DNA of 64,000 nt. Source: Eledone cirrhosa (Eukaryota). The notes beneath the pieces were generated by a model. The model was not told the origin of the DNA, did no database searches, and was given only the letters and a program-made list of their open reading frames with translations. Shown piece after piece: positions 13,480-29,287 of this stretch. The stretch is from positions 215,078,001-215,142,000 of the forward strand of contig OZ024743.1 of NCBI GenBank assembly GCA_964016885.1. The letters run 5' to 3'. A program made the position numbers and the translations under genes. Position 1 is the first letter of the stretch. Each line of letters begins with the position of its first letter.

Positions 13480-14028
13480 AATTGTCATAAAATATAAACA
13501 CACATACGCACGGAATCACTACTATTAAAGACCAGAGACCAATTCTGTAGAATCAGGTTTATTCATTGACAGACCATGCCTTTGTGTGACCAACACATCC
13601 ATGTTAAACCCTGCACGTGCACACACGTATATCTATGTATATATGCGCACACGGAATTATTTTAATTTCACTGCCCCAACTTCTTATATTATGGAAAAAA
13701 TATATGTGTCTGTGTGTGTATGTATATATATATATATATTTGAAGGCCATTTCTCTGTGTGTGGGTGTATGTATGTGTGTGTGTGTGTGTGTGAGTATGT
13801 GTGTGCATGTGGATGTATGTATTGTGTGTGCGTGTGTGTGTGTGTGTGTGTATGTATGTGGGTATCTGGATGTATGCGTATGTGTATATATATATATATA
13901 TGCATGTGTGTGTGTGTGTGTATATATATGTGTGTGTATGTGTGTATATATATGTGTGTGTGTGTGTGTGTGTATGTTTGTATGTGTGTATGTATATATA
14001 TATGTGTGTGTGTATGTATGTGTGGGGG

Positions 14029-14848
<820 letters not shown>

Positions 14849-14889
14849 TATATATGTATTCATATATATATATATATATATATATATTC

Positions 14890-14958
<69 letters not shown>

Positions 14959-14968
14959 TATATATGTA

Positions 14969-15006
<38 letters not shown>

Positions 15007-15032
15007 TATATATATATTCATATATATATATA

Positions 15033-15121
<89 letters not shown>

Positions 15122-15123
<2 letters not shown>

Positions 15124-15449
15124 AAAGTTATATTTAAATTGTTGGGTTACAACTAGTAAATATTTATAACTGATATAAAAGCACTCAACAAGTATTTGGA
15201 GTATATTTACGATATTAAATAAATGGAAACTATATTTATGAAACCATATTTATTTCACTATATATATTTCAGGGATATCATATTAACAATATGTTATGCC
15301 TTCCTCAGACAAAATACAATATATAAAACTGTCTATATTGTATTTTGTCTGAGGAAGGCATAACATATTGTTAATATGATATCCCTGAAATATATATAGT
15401 GAAATAAATATGGTTTTATAAATATAGTTTCCATTTATTTAATATCGTA
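15122..15449. repeat. Module B copy 1: palindrome with two divergent hammerheads (15251-15316 minus, 15341-15406 plus)
   Basis: Arms 15208-15322 and 15334-15449. Each reads tattttgt-CTGAGGA-agg..cct-GAAA-TATATA-TA-gtgaaata. Confidence 0.85.
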
Positions 15450-15535
15450 TATATATATATATATATATTAATATATATATATGAATATATATATATATAT
15501 ATATGAATATATATATATATGAATATATATATATA

Positions 15536-15655
<120 letters not shown>

Positions 15656-15676
15656 TATATTTATATATGAATATAT

Positions 15677-15928
15677 CCATATTCTTCGGAGTTTCTGGCT
15701 TGTATCTGCTGAAATTACCTCTTGTTTTGATTGCCCTGATGAGTCCTTAATAGGACGAAACATTGTCGGCTAATAAAAACTGTTGATGTATTAAAGGATT
15801 ATTTGTTTTACTCTCTTAATTTTTCGGCTCTGTTTAACTGCAGTGAGCTATACCTTTTACTGTCATTTCTATAATACGAAGAGGGTGTTTGACTCAAACA
15901 CGCTCCAGTATTCTAATCCTTATATTCA
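15677..15928 (+). repeat. Module C copy 1
   Basis: Near-identical to 17915-18166 and 21324-21575. Confidence 0.92.
15731..15773 (+). ncRNA. Canonical minimal type I hammerhead ribozyme
   Basis: gcc-CTGATGA-GTCCT taat AGGAC-GAAA-CATTG-TC-ggc. Confidence 0.9.
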
Positions 15929-16063
15929 TATATATATATATATATATATATTCATATATATATATATATATATATATATTCATATATATATATATATATT
16001 CATATATAAATATATATATATTCATATATATATATATACATATTCATATATATACATATATTC

Positions 16064-16097
<34 letters not shown>

Positions 16098-16168
16098 CTA
16101 TATATATCTATATTTATATATATCTATATATATATATATATATATATTCATATATATATATATATTCA

Positions 16169-16328
<160 letters not shown>

Positions 16329-16356
16329 TATATACATATATATATATATATATATA

Positions 16357-16518
<162 letters not shown>

Positions 16519-16563
16519 TATATATATATATATTCATATATATATATATATATATTCATATAT

Positions 16564-17030
16564 GAAATATAAGAATCAAAGAACTGCTCAAAACATTATT
16601 GTGCTTACAGCTGTTTCCTCCACACCGAGGTTTGGATTCTTCGGAGCAATTTATTAATGCATGGACAGTTATATGACCTCCTTTTCAGCCGAGAGTCATA
16701 CCAAATACATATTCAAACATTGATACATATTCAAACATTGTGGGTCAACATTCATTACAGAATTTTGAGTGGCAGTACACACTTCGAGATTACATTTATA
16801 TTAATAGGTACAATCAAAAATCAAAGATATTGGTTAAAGTACAACATGAAGATAAGTGGTTATATAGTGCAAATGTTATATGTGTGGCACGCATGTGCAT
16901 CTTGTTTATATACTGGTAATAAGGTAGTAATACATTACGGCCTACCACTATTTAGGGTGTGTGTAAAATACTTACAACTGCTTAAGGTTTTGTATTTCAT
17001 AACCATAAATAGTATAACTAATACTATATT
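16564..17030. repeat. Module A copy 2 (hammerhead 16602-16648 minus)
   Basis: Near-identical to 8567-8997. Confidence 0.92.
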
Positions 17031-17060
17031 CATATATATATTCATATATATATATATATA

Positions 17061-17166
<106 letters not shown>

Positions 17167-17204
17167 TATATATGTATTCATATATATATATATATATATA
17201 TATA

Positions 17205-17262
<58 letters not shown>

Positions 17263-17272
17263 TATATATGTA

Positions 17273-17306
<34 letters not shown>

Positions 17307-17332
17307 TATATATATATTCATATATATATATA

Positions 17333-17423
<91 letters not shown>

Positions 17424-17425
<2 letters not shown>

Positions 17426-17751
17426 AAAGTTATATTTAAATTGTTGGGTTACAACTAGTAAATATTTATAACTGATATAAAAGCACTCAACAAGTATTTG
17501 GAGTATATTTACGATATTAAATAAATGGAAACTATATTTATAAAACCATATTTATTTCACTATATATATTTCAGGGATATCATATTAACAATATGTTATG
17601 CCTTCCTCAGACAAAATACAATATATAAAAGTGTCTATATTGTATTTTGTCTGAGGAAGGCATAACATATTGTTAATATGATATCCCTGAAATATATATA
17701 GTGAAATAATTATGGTTTTATAAATATAGTTTCCATTTATTTAATATCGTA
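17424..17751. repeat. Module B copy 2 (palindrome, two hammerheads)
   Basis: Near-identical to 15122-15449. Confidence 0.9.
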
Positions 17752-17821
17752 TATATATATATATATATATTAATATATATATATGAATATATATATAAAT
17801 ATATATGAATATATATATATA

Positions 17822-17893
<72 letters not shown>

Positions 17894-17914
17894 TATATAT
17901 ATATATGAATATAT

Positions 17915-18166
17915 CCATATTCTTCGGAGTTTCTGGCTTGTTTCTGCCGAAATTACCTCTTGTTTTGATTGCCCTGGTGAGTCCTCAATAGGACGAAAAT
18001 TTGTCGGCTAATAAAAACTTTTGATGTATTAAAGGATTATTTGTTTTACTCTCTTAATTTTTCGGCTCTGTTTAACTGCATTGAGCTATACCTTTTACTG
18101 TCATTTCTATAATACGAAGAGGGTGTTTGACTCAAACACGCTCCAGTATTCTAATGCTTATATTCA
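17915..18166 (+). repeat. Module C copy 2; hammerhead 17969-18011 with mutated core
   Basis: CTGGTGA instead of CTGATGA and gaaaatttgtc instead of gaaacattgtc. Confidence 0.9.
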
Positions 18167-18232
18167 TATATATATATATATATATTCATATATATATATA
18201 TATATATATTCATATATATATATATATATATA

Positions 18233-18389
<157 letters not shown>

Positions 18390-18391
18390 TC

Positions 18392-18469
<78 letters not shown>

Positions 18470-18471
18470 TA

Positions 18472-18507
<36 letters not shown>

Positions 18508-18534
18508 TTATATTCATATATATATATATTTATA

Positions 18535-18575
<41 letters not shown>

Positions 18576-18723
18576 TCATATATATATATATTTATATTCA
18601 TATTCATATATATATATATATATATATATTTATATTCATATATATATATATATATATTTATATTCATATTCATATATATATATATATATATTTATATTCA
18701 TATATATATATATATTTATATTC

Positions 18724-18799
<76 letters not shown>

Positions 18800-18844
18800 T
18801 CATAAATATATATATATATATATTTAAATTCATATATATATATA

Positions 18845-18883
<39 letters not shown>

Positions 18884-18960
18884 TCATATATATATATATT
18901 CATATATATATATATATATATATTTATATTCATATATATACATATATATATATATTTTTC

Positions 18961-19005
<45 letters not shown>

Positions 19006-19017
19006 TATATATATATA

Positions 19018-19062
<45 letters not shown>

Positions 19063-19419
19063 ATATATATGAATATATATATTCATATATATATGAATAT
19101 ATATATTCATATATATATATATATATGAATATATATATATATATATGAATATATATATTCATATATATATATATATATATTCATATATATATATATATGA
19201 ATATATATATTCATATATATATATATATGAATATATATATTCATATATATATATATATATTCATATATATATATATATATATATATATTCATATATATAT
19301 ATATATATGAATATATATTCATATATATATATATATTAATATATATCCATATATATATATATATATATGAATATATATATATATATATATGAATATATAT
19401 TTATATATATACATATATA

Positions 19420-19453
<34 letters not shown>

Positions 19454-19467
19454 TATATATATATATA

Positions 19468-19526
<59 letters not shown>

Positions 19527-19643
19527 ATATATATATATATATTCATATATATATATATATATATATATTCATATATATATATATGTATTCATAAATATAT
19601 ATATATTCATATATATATATATATATATTCATATATATATATA

Positions 19644-19715
<72 letters not shown>

Positions 19716-19770
19716 TATATATATATATATTCATATATATATATATATATTCATATATATATATATATTC

Positions 19771-19802
<32 letters not shown>

Positions 19803-19836
19803 TCATATATATATATATATATATATATTCATATAT

Positions 19837-20303
19837 GAAATATAAGAATCAAAGAACTGCTCAAAACATTATTGTGCTTACAGCTGTTTCCTCCACACCG
19901 AGGTTTGGATTCTTCGGAGCAATTTATTAATGCATGGACAGTTATATGACCTCCTTTTCAGCCGAGAGTCATACCAAATACATATTCAAACATTGATACA
20001 TATTCAAACATTGTGGGTCAACATTCATTACAGAATTTAGAGTGGCAGTACACACTTCGAGATTACATTTATATTAATAGGTACAATCAAAAATCAAAGA
20101 TATAGGTTAAAGTACAACATGAAGATAAGTGGTTATATAGTGCAAATGTTATATGTGTGGCACGCATGTGCGTCTTGTTTATATACTGGTAATAAGGTAG
20201 TAATACATTACTGCCTACCACTATTTAGGGTGTTTGTAAAATACTTACAACTGCTTAAGGTTTTGTATTTCATAACCATAAATAGTATAACTAATACTAT
20301 ATT
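19837..20303. repeat. Module A copy 3 (hammerhead 19875-19921 minus)
   Basis: Near-identical to 16564-17030. Confidence 0.92.
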
Positions 20304-20333
20304 CATATATATATTCATATATATATATATATA

Positions 20334-20367
<34 letters not shown>

Positions 20368-20491
20368 TATATATATTCATATATATATATATATATATAT
20401 TCATATATATATATATATATATTCATATATATATATATATATATATATTCATATATATATATATATATATTCATATATATATATATATATA

Positions 20492-20543
<52 letters not shown>

Positions 20544-20560
20544 TATATATATATGTATTC

Positions 20561-20711
<151 letters not shown>

Positions 20712-20737
20712 TATATATATATTCATATATATATATA

Positions 20738-20784
<47 letters not shown>

Positions 20785-20835
20785 TCATATATATATATAT
20801 TCATATATATATATATATATTCATATATATATATA

Positions 20836-20870
<35 letters not shown>

Positions 20871-20872
<2 letters not shown>

Positions 20873-21184
20873 AAAGTTATATTTAAACTAGTAAATATTT
20901 ATAACTGATATAAAAGCACTCAACAAGTATTTGGAGTATATTTACGATATAAAATAAATGGAAACTATATTTATAAAACCATATTTATTTCACTATATAT
21001 ATTTCAGGGATATCATATTAACAATATGTTATGCCTTCCTCAGACAAAATACAATATATAAAACTGTCTATATTGTATTTTGTCTGAGGAAGGCATAACA
21101 TATTGTTAATATGATATCCCTGAAATATATATAGTGAAGTAAATATGGTTTTATAAACATAGTTTCCATTTATTTAATATCGTA
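20871..21184. repeat. Module B copy 3 (palindrome, two hammerheads; small deletion near start)
   Basis: Matches 15122-15449 but lacks ttgttgggttacaa. Confidence 0.9.
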
Positions 21185-21258
21185 TATATATATATATATA
21201 TTAATATATATATATGAATATATATATATATATATATATATATGAATATATATATATA

Positions 21259-21302
<44 letters not shown>

Positions 21303-21323
21303 TATATATATATATGAATATAT

Positions 21324-21683
<360 letters not shown>

Positions 21684-21811
21684 TATATATATATATATAT
21701 ATATACATTCATATATATATATATATATATATATTCATATATATATATATATATATATATTCATATATATATATATATATATATATTCATATATATATAT
21801 ATATATATATA

Positions 21812-21861
<50 letters not shown>

Positions 21862-21869
21862 TATATATA

Positions 21870-21924
<55 letters not shown>

Positions 21925-21963
21925 TCATATATATATATATATATATATATTTATATTCATATA

Positions 21964-22026
<63 letters not shown>

Positions 22027-22047
22027 TCACATATATATATATTTATA

Positions 22048-22088
<41 letters not shown>

Positions 22089-22419
22089 TCATATATATAT
22101 ATATATATATTTATATTCATATTGATATATATATATATATTTAAATTCATATACATATATATATATATATATTTATATTCATATATATATATATATATAT
22201 ATATTTATATTCATATATATATATATATATATTTATATTCATCTATATATATATTTATATTCATATATATATATATATATATATATTTATATTCATATAT
22301 ATATATATTCATATATATATATATATATATTTATATTCATATATATATATATATATATTTATATTCATATATATATATATATAGATTCATATATATACAT
22401 ATATATATATATATTTATA

Positions 22420-22453
<34 letters not shown>

Positions 22454-22865
22454 TATATATATATTCATATATATATATATTCATATATATATATATATAT
22501 ATTCATATAGATATATATATATATTCATATATATATATATATATGAATATATATATTCATATATATATGAATATATATATATTCATATATATATATGTAT
22601 ATTCATATATATATATATATATAAATATATATATTCATATATATATATATATATATATTCATATATATATATATATGGATATATATATTCATATATATTC
22701 ATATCTATATATATTCATATATATATATTCATATATATATATGAATATATATTCATATATATATATATATGAATATATATCCATATATATATATATATAT
22801 TCATATATATATATATATATATATATATTCATATATATATATATATATATTCATATATATATATA

Positions 22866-22905
<40 letters not shown>

Positions 22906-23342
22906 TATATATATATATATATATATTCATATATATATATATATTCATTTATATATATATATATTCATTTATATATATATATATTCATTTATATATATAT
23001 ATATATATATATATTCATATAAATATAAATATATTCATATATATATTCATATATATATATATACATATATATATATTTTCATATATATATATATATACAT
23101 TTATATATATGTACATTTATATATATACATACACACATATGTATATGTATATTTAAATGTATATACATATATATATATATACATATATATGCACACACAC
23201 AAATATATATGTATATATATATACACATATATATATAAATACATAGATACACACACACACACACACATATATATATATGTATATATATATACACATATAT
23301 ATATATATAAATACATAGATACACACACACACACACACATAC

Positions 23343-23409
<67 letters not shown>

Positions 23410-23446
23410 AGGAGGTCATAGTTCACTTGAAGTATTGTGCAATGAG

Positions 23447-25215
23447 GTATAAACGTTTGAACATGTATAATAAAGCCAAAACAATGCAGGTATGGACATA
23501 GAAAAAAGAATGCAATTGCAAAAGATATTGTTGACAATTTGTCTTTTACCTTAGATTTATTTAAATGTCCTTTTCGACATAATATCTCTTCTTCAGAGGG
23601 AAATAAAGGTCTCAAACCAGCGTTCTAAATAGCTTGCCAAGCCATGCTGACAGGAAATGGTATAGAGTATCTGTTCTTTCTCTAATGTCAAAGAGTTAAA
23701 ATTAGGTGGATAAAGAGTAGTCTCCATTTAAAATGCCTCCTTCCCCCGATATGTAGATCACATACTCATCCTTACATCATCCCGTGAGGAGGCAGATAGA
23801 ATATACACAACATTCTCCAGCATGGACGCCAGTATAAAGTTCAGCATGGAACACCCCGATGACCGAGGATCCCTATCCCTACTGGACTTCCAACTCAGGG
23901 TAACAGAGGAAGGCAACATCCACACCTGCTTCTATATAAAAGCGGCCAGCAGGGACCTGTTCGTACATTTCAGATCGGCCCTCCCACTCGGTGCCAAGTT
24001 TGGATACATAAGGAACGAACTGGCACGTATCCGGAACAAATGCACCGACGCTAGAGTCCGAGACACACACACCACACATTTCCTGGAAGTACTCAAACTG
24101 AACGGATACACGACATCCACCAAAGCCCGTGCCAGGAAGAACAGAGGACACCACACCCGAGGCACTAACACTTGCTTCCGGAAGCTCCCACACTTCAGTG
24201 AAGAAACAACAACAGCCATCCGCAGAGCTATCAGACGTGAGGGACTAGATATCCAACTGGCCCACTCAGGTCCTTCGCTACGCGGACAGCTAACCAAAAG
24301 ACACTCCACCAGACATGGCAACTGCTGCAGACTAGCCAACTGCCCCATCAACGACACAGACATATGCCACCAGGCTTACGTCGTATACAGTTTAGAGTGT
24401 GACAAATGCAACAACATCTACGTAGGTAGCACCACCAGACCACTCCACATAAGAATAAAAGAACACCTCAATACTAACGCTTTCTCATTTAAGAAACACC
24501 TAGTTAAATGCAAAAACACTGACAACCTCATAACAGTTAGGATAGAAACTAAGGAAAGAAACCTCGGCGATCTTAGAATTAAGGAAGCAATAATTATAGA
24601 TAAAACACAACCACCAATCAATAATAGACTAGAACTCAACACCCAATTTATAACCTGATAGAGCTTCTAGCCCCATATTTACACACACCCCCCACACACA
24701 CACACACGCACGCACACACAGACACACGCTTATACCTCCACTTATTCTCTCTCACACATACACACACGACCAGTTCTAACACCAGATAACAGCTATCCCC
24801 CACATTTACGAATAGACTTATCTTCTTACACTCACACACACACACTAACATACTTACACCATCATGAATTCTCCCACACACTTAAACAGGCATGTATATG
24901 AAAAAAAACCCAAAACAAACCCCTTTTAAAGGGAGACTACTCTTTATCCACCTAATTTTAACTCTTTGATATTAGAGATAGAACAGATACTCTATACCAT
25001 TTCCTGTCAGCATGGCTTGGCAAGCTATTTAGAACGCTGGTTTGAGACCTTTATTTCCCTCTGAAGAAGAGATATTATCTCGAACATTAAGGACATTTAA
25101 ATAAATCTAAGGTAAAAGACAAATTGTCAACAATATCTTTTGCAATTGCATTCTTTTTTCTATGTCCATACCTGCATTGTTTTGGCTTTATTATACATAT
25201 TCAAACGTTTATATA
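23447..25215 (+). mobile_element. 5'-truncated Penelope/Poseidon-type PLE with inverted 5' pLTR
   Basis: 23447-23733 is the reverse complement of ~24924-25213. Coding remnant begins RYVD(H)ILI at ~23746. Degenerate hammerhead CTGAAGA-agagata..tatctc-GAA at 25056-25093. Confidence 0.9.
23746..24658 (+). pseudogene. PLE RT C-terminus/thumb + GIY-YIG, truncated
   Basis: IKFSMEH..LSLLD, HFRSALP, VVYSLECDKCNNIYVGST..RIKEH, IKEA..PPINNR. Confidence 0.9.
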
Positions 25216-25435
25216 TATATATATATATAATATGTATAACAGTGGCGTATGACCAGTGTAAAATATGAGTGCCATAACAATAAAGAAAGAATGCAACGAA
25301 GAAAATAACGAATTTAGAACAGATAACACGAGAAATGTGACTCGTGTGATAGCGATAGAGAAGCTTTGATAGGGATATACATGTAGTGATATATTTGGTA
25401 ATTTAACAAAGGATAGTTCATGTTACTGAAAACGC

Positions 25436-25513
<78 letters not shown>

Positions 25514-28500
25514 TGAGCGTGTATATGTGTCTGAGTGAGTAAGTATATCGGGAAAGTGAGGTGAAGGACTGGAGAAGGGAGTGGTATGAATTGTGAATAG
25601 GTCATAACGAGTTTGGGAAATAAAGAACTTTTAATAACGGCACCGACATAAAAGAGATATGGCAAACTTAATAAATGTTCGTTAATATTTCCTTTACAGC
25701 ACAGGCTATATAATCAATTGAATGTTAGCGTGCCAGCAACCCCAGATATAACGCATTTCAGTAAATATAACTTCAGAAAAAATGTCGCTGCCAATCACTA
25801 GATTTATTTCATATGGTAAAAGCATACGATAATATATCTGATTAACCTCGTAAGTCCTATCGGTTCAGGTAGGGTCTATGCTAGCACTGTAAGGAATTAT
25901 TATCTTCTCTTTTCGTCGTTCCTAATAATCAAATCTTTGCAAATAATGCAGCAACGACGAATTTACTATTTTACATAAAATCTATGGTAACGTTTTCCTG
26001 GATCTAAACCAAAAAAAAAATAGGATTTGAAATCTAGAACATGGGTAACTGATCAAATAAGGCTTAAAATAAGAAATATGTACACAATTCCATGGCACAT
26101 TAAGATTACATTTAAAACAAGATTTAATGTAAAAATTAACATAATAATTCCAATACAAGCCCCTTCATTCTCCATATTATTGCTTGGTCAAATATCCTGA
26201 ATTATTCGATCTTCTAATGAAATGAATCTTCCATGTACGCTTGTAAGTAACTTGAATTAAGTTTATAGTGTACGGAGGTAGAAGGGAGTGGTATTCATCT
26301 CATAAAATAAATCTGTTTACATTTAAGAAATTATTTGGATTTTGTATTTTCCCCATTTATTCTTGTATATTTGCCTCGAGTGAATACAAATCTATTTCAC
26401 CGTGTATAAAATGAAAAGATGTATATTTGTTGCCAATATGAAGACTACCGTAATATGTTCGTTGATTAAAAAACTTAAATGAGTAAACATTTTATGTTTC
26501 TCTGATACACTATACAGGTGACACTGTTTATTTTATGTAATTTATGTATTCGTTTGTTCTCGTACCTTACCTGAACAACTATTCTTAATTCACCATAGAA
26601 CATTATTTATGCACAGTTATGCGCATATAAGCAACATTTTGGGGAAAAGCTGTCATAATCCATATTTAACTATGAAATTGTCGCATGTAGATAAGTACAT
26701 TTTGGAAACGCAACATGTTGGAGAGAGACACCGTCGGGAATCTGACAACGCATCTGCTATTTATTTACCGACCAAAAAAGTTGTCCGGTCATTCGACTAT
26801 CTTATAGTCAAGGTTTTAATGTCGTAGCTTTGGCAACAGCAGCAAAACAATTTTACATGTTGAATATTACCCAAATGCTTTGTAAACTTATTTATTTACA
26901 TTTCTAGGCAAGTGTTAATACTATTTAGACAGTGAAATATTTCACAGCCTGTTTTAGTGTAAAGGCAGTTGTTCGTTTCGGTTCGATTACGGCAAGTGAC
27001 ATTATCCAAAGTTTTTTGTCTCTGAAGGAAAAGTAGCAAACTTAGTCGACAACATTATAGTAAATACATAAATTATGGCAGTTCTTTTTAACACAAAAGT
27101 AAAAATATTTCAAACGATCAAACGTCAAGTGTATATAATTATTTGCCTTTTTACTTATTTATATATTTACTTATTCCAGATTATTTTTAATTATCAAAGA
27201 ATAAGTTCATTTAAATGTATTCGTTAATAATGTTGTGTTAATATGTTTATATGCATAAATAAATTTGCTGCTTTGATTGTATAAAAGCAAACAATAACAT
27301 ATGGTACACACATTTGGCATTTTCGCTGCTTTACATTTCGTATAACATTACATTTTCCTGATTTATATTGTTATATTGTTGTTGATAACTCTTTGAATAT
27401 ACAGAATATACTCATATATGAGATCAGGATCAAGCATAATAGTTCAATACAGATGTACATGTTCAAATATATCAAATGCCACATTATATGCTATCATATA
27501 GAAGACATATTTCTATTTAAACGATGACCTAATCACAATTATACTTATGTTACACATGCAATAACAATCAATCATAAACATAGACACACATAGTCGTTTG
27601 GTACATTATTGAAAGTCTTTCTTATTACTTTGGACGGATGATAATTAAAATATTCCTGCTGACTGGAAAATCACAGATAAATCGTAATAGAAGTACCATA
27701 TAATTAATGAATATTTTATATACGCAGACATTGTAATTAACATCCTCATAACAATCATAATCATAATATTGGTCATACCCATCATCGTCATCATCGTCGC
27801 ATTTCTCTTCTCTTCGTTATCAACTTCACCATCATAACACCTAATTAGAATTTATTAAGCAGTAGATTCTGTACATTTTGTATAGCATGAAAGGAATTTT
27901 CTGGAAAAAAATACCCACATATTTTCCTGTTTCACTTAAATGTATTTCACTCTAAGGAAATCTATTTTTCTCACACAAAAAGGTGAGCAGGATCGCAATA
28001 ATTCCTTGTTGTCTTATGCGCTACATTCTGTACCTCGCGCGACGACGTTTTCCGAAACATCCCACAGCGAGAGATTACATTTCTATTTTTATTCGGGATA
28101 AATTATTATAAATCATATTAAGCGCCTGGCACAGTGACAGAATAATACTCCCGAGATGAGCGTCACTATTTTCAATTTTTACAGTGTCTGCCTTTCAAAA
28201 TAACTAAATGATTTGTTGAAATGCTTAAAGACGTTAGGACATTACAACTGAGCATATAGAATTATATGTGGTATAGAAATATGAACACTCTTTCCCACAT
28301 AAATATATGTTTATGAATTAATGTTGTTAGGAATCTTTTTCAACAGGTCTGGATTCCAGGAAATTTAATCTCCGCACTATTTGTAATTGCGACTAAATTT
28401 AGCTGAAAACGATGTCGAATGTAGTTGGCAAATTTATGGGTTTCCCCACCTTGGGATTTTTAAATATATTAAATGATTGGTTAATTCGTTTGGACCATAT

Positions 28501-29287
28501 TCGATTACAGATGATAATATTTGAAACTGAATTGGTGAAATTACATATAACCTACTTAAACATAATACAGTTTTAATTCCTAACAAAGAGGAACATTTGT
28601 AAAGAAACTTCATGAACAAAAATACAATAGCCGTGAGCAACAATGCAGACTACTATCGAACATAAAGTACAAAATCCAACGCAAAGCATTAAATTTACTC
28701 AAAATGTACAGCTGTACAAGTCTGCATATAATAAACAAAAGACAGATTTTGAGAGTTTTTAATATTATTAAACAAATTATTGAAGTCAATATACTACGAA
28801 CGAGAATAATACAACAATAATACAATTGTAGGAAATAGATGTGGGAGTTGAGATTTTGTTTCAGAATTGAGCCTGAATGATTAAAAAAAGAAAATAAAGA
28901 GAAAATGAATATTTTAAGAAAAGTCAGAGAACCATTTTAAGATCGCACCTGAACGGCAAAGTAAGCCATTGTTACCTAATTCACTGGTCGATTTAGAACC
29001 TATTTTCTTTCAAATGTACATTTCCTTACGGAAGGTCACATGGGTTAAGATATTACAAATTCAATCGCCATATCAACAACACACCACAGAAAAACTCAAT
29101 GATTAAGATATTACAGATTCTGTCACATCTTTAATCACCATATCAACAACAAACTTCAAAATATTTGGATTAGTTTTATAATTGTTAATCTGTATTAGTT
29201 ATGCAGCGTCACAAATATATATCAAATATATATCAAACACTGAAAATAGCATTGCTTTACATTGACAACCAATCCCTATATAAATGA

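Noticed and set aside
25260-29280. Host exons in unique AT-rich sequence (also 35070-38100 and 55960-57800)
   Set aside because: Only short ORFs without recognisable motifs and isolated splice-like sites; cannot be supported without RNA or homology data.
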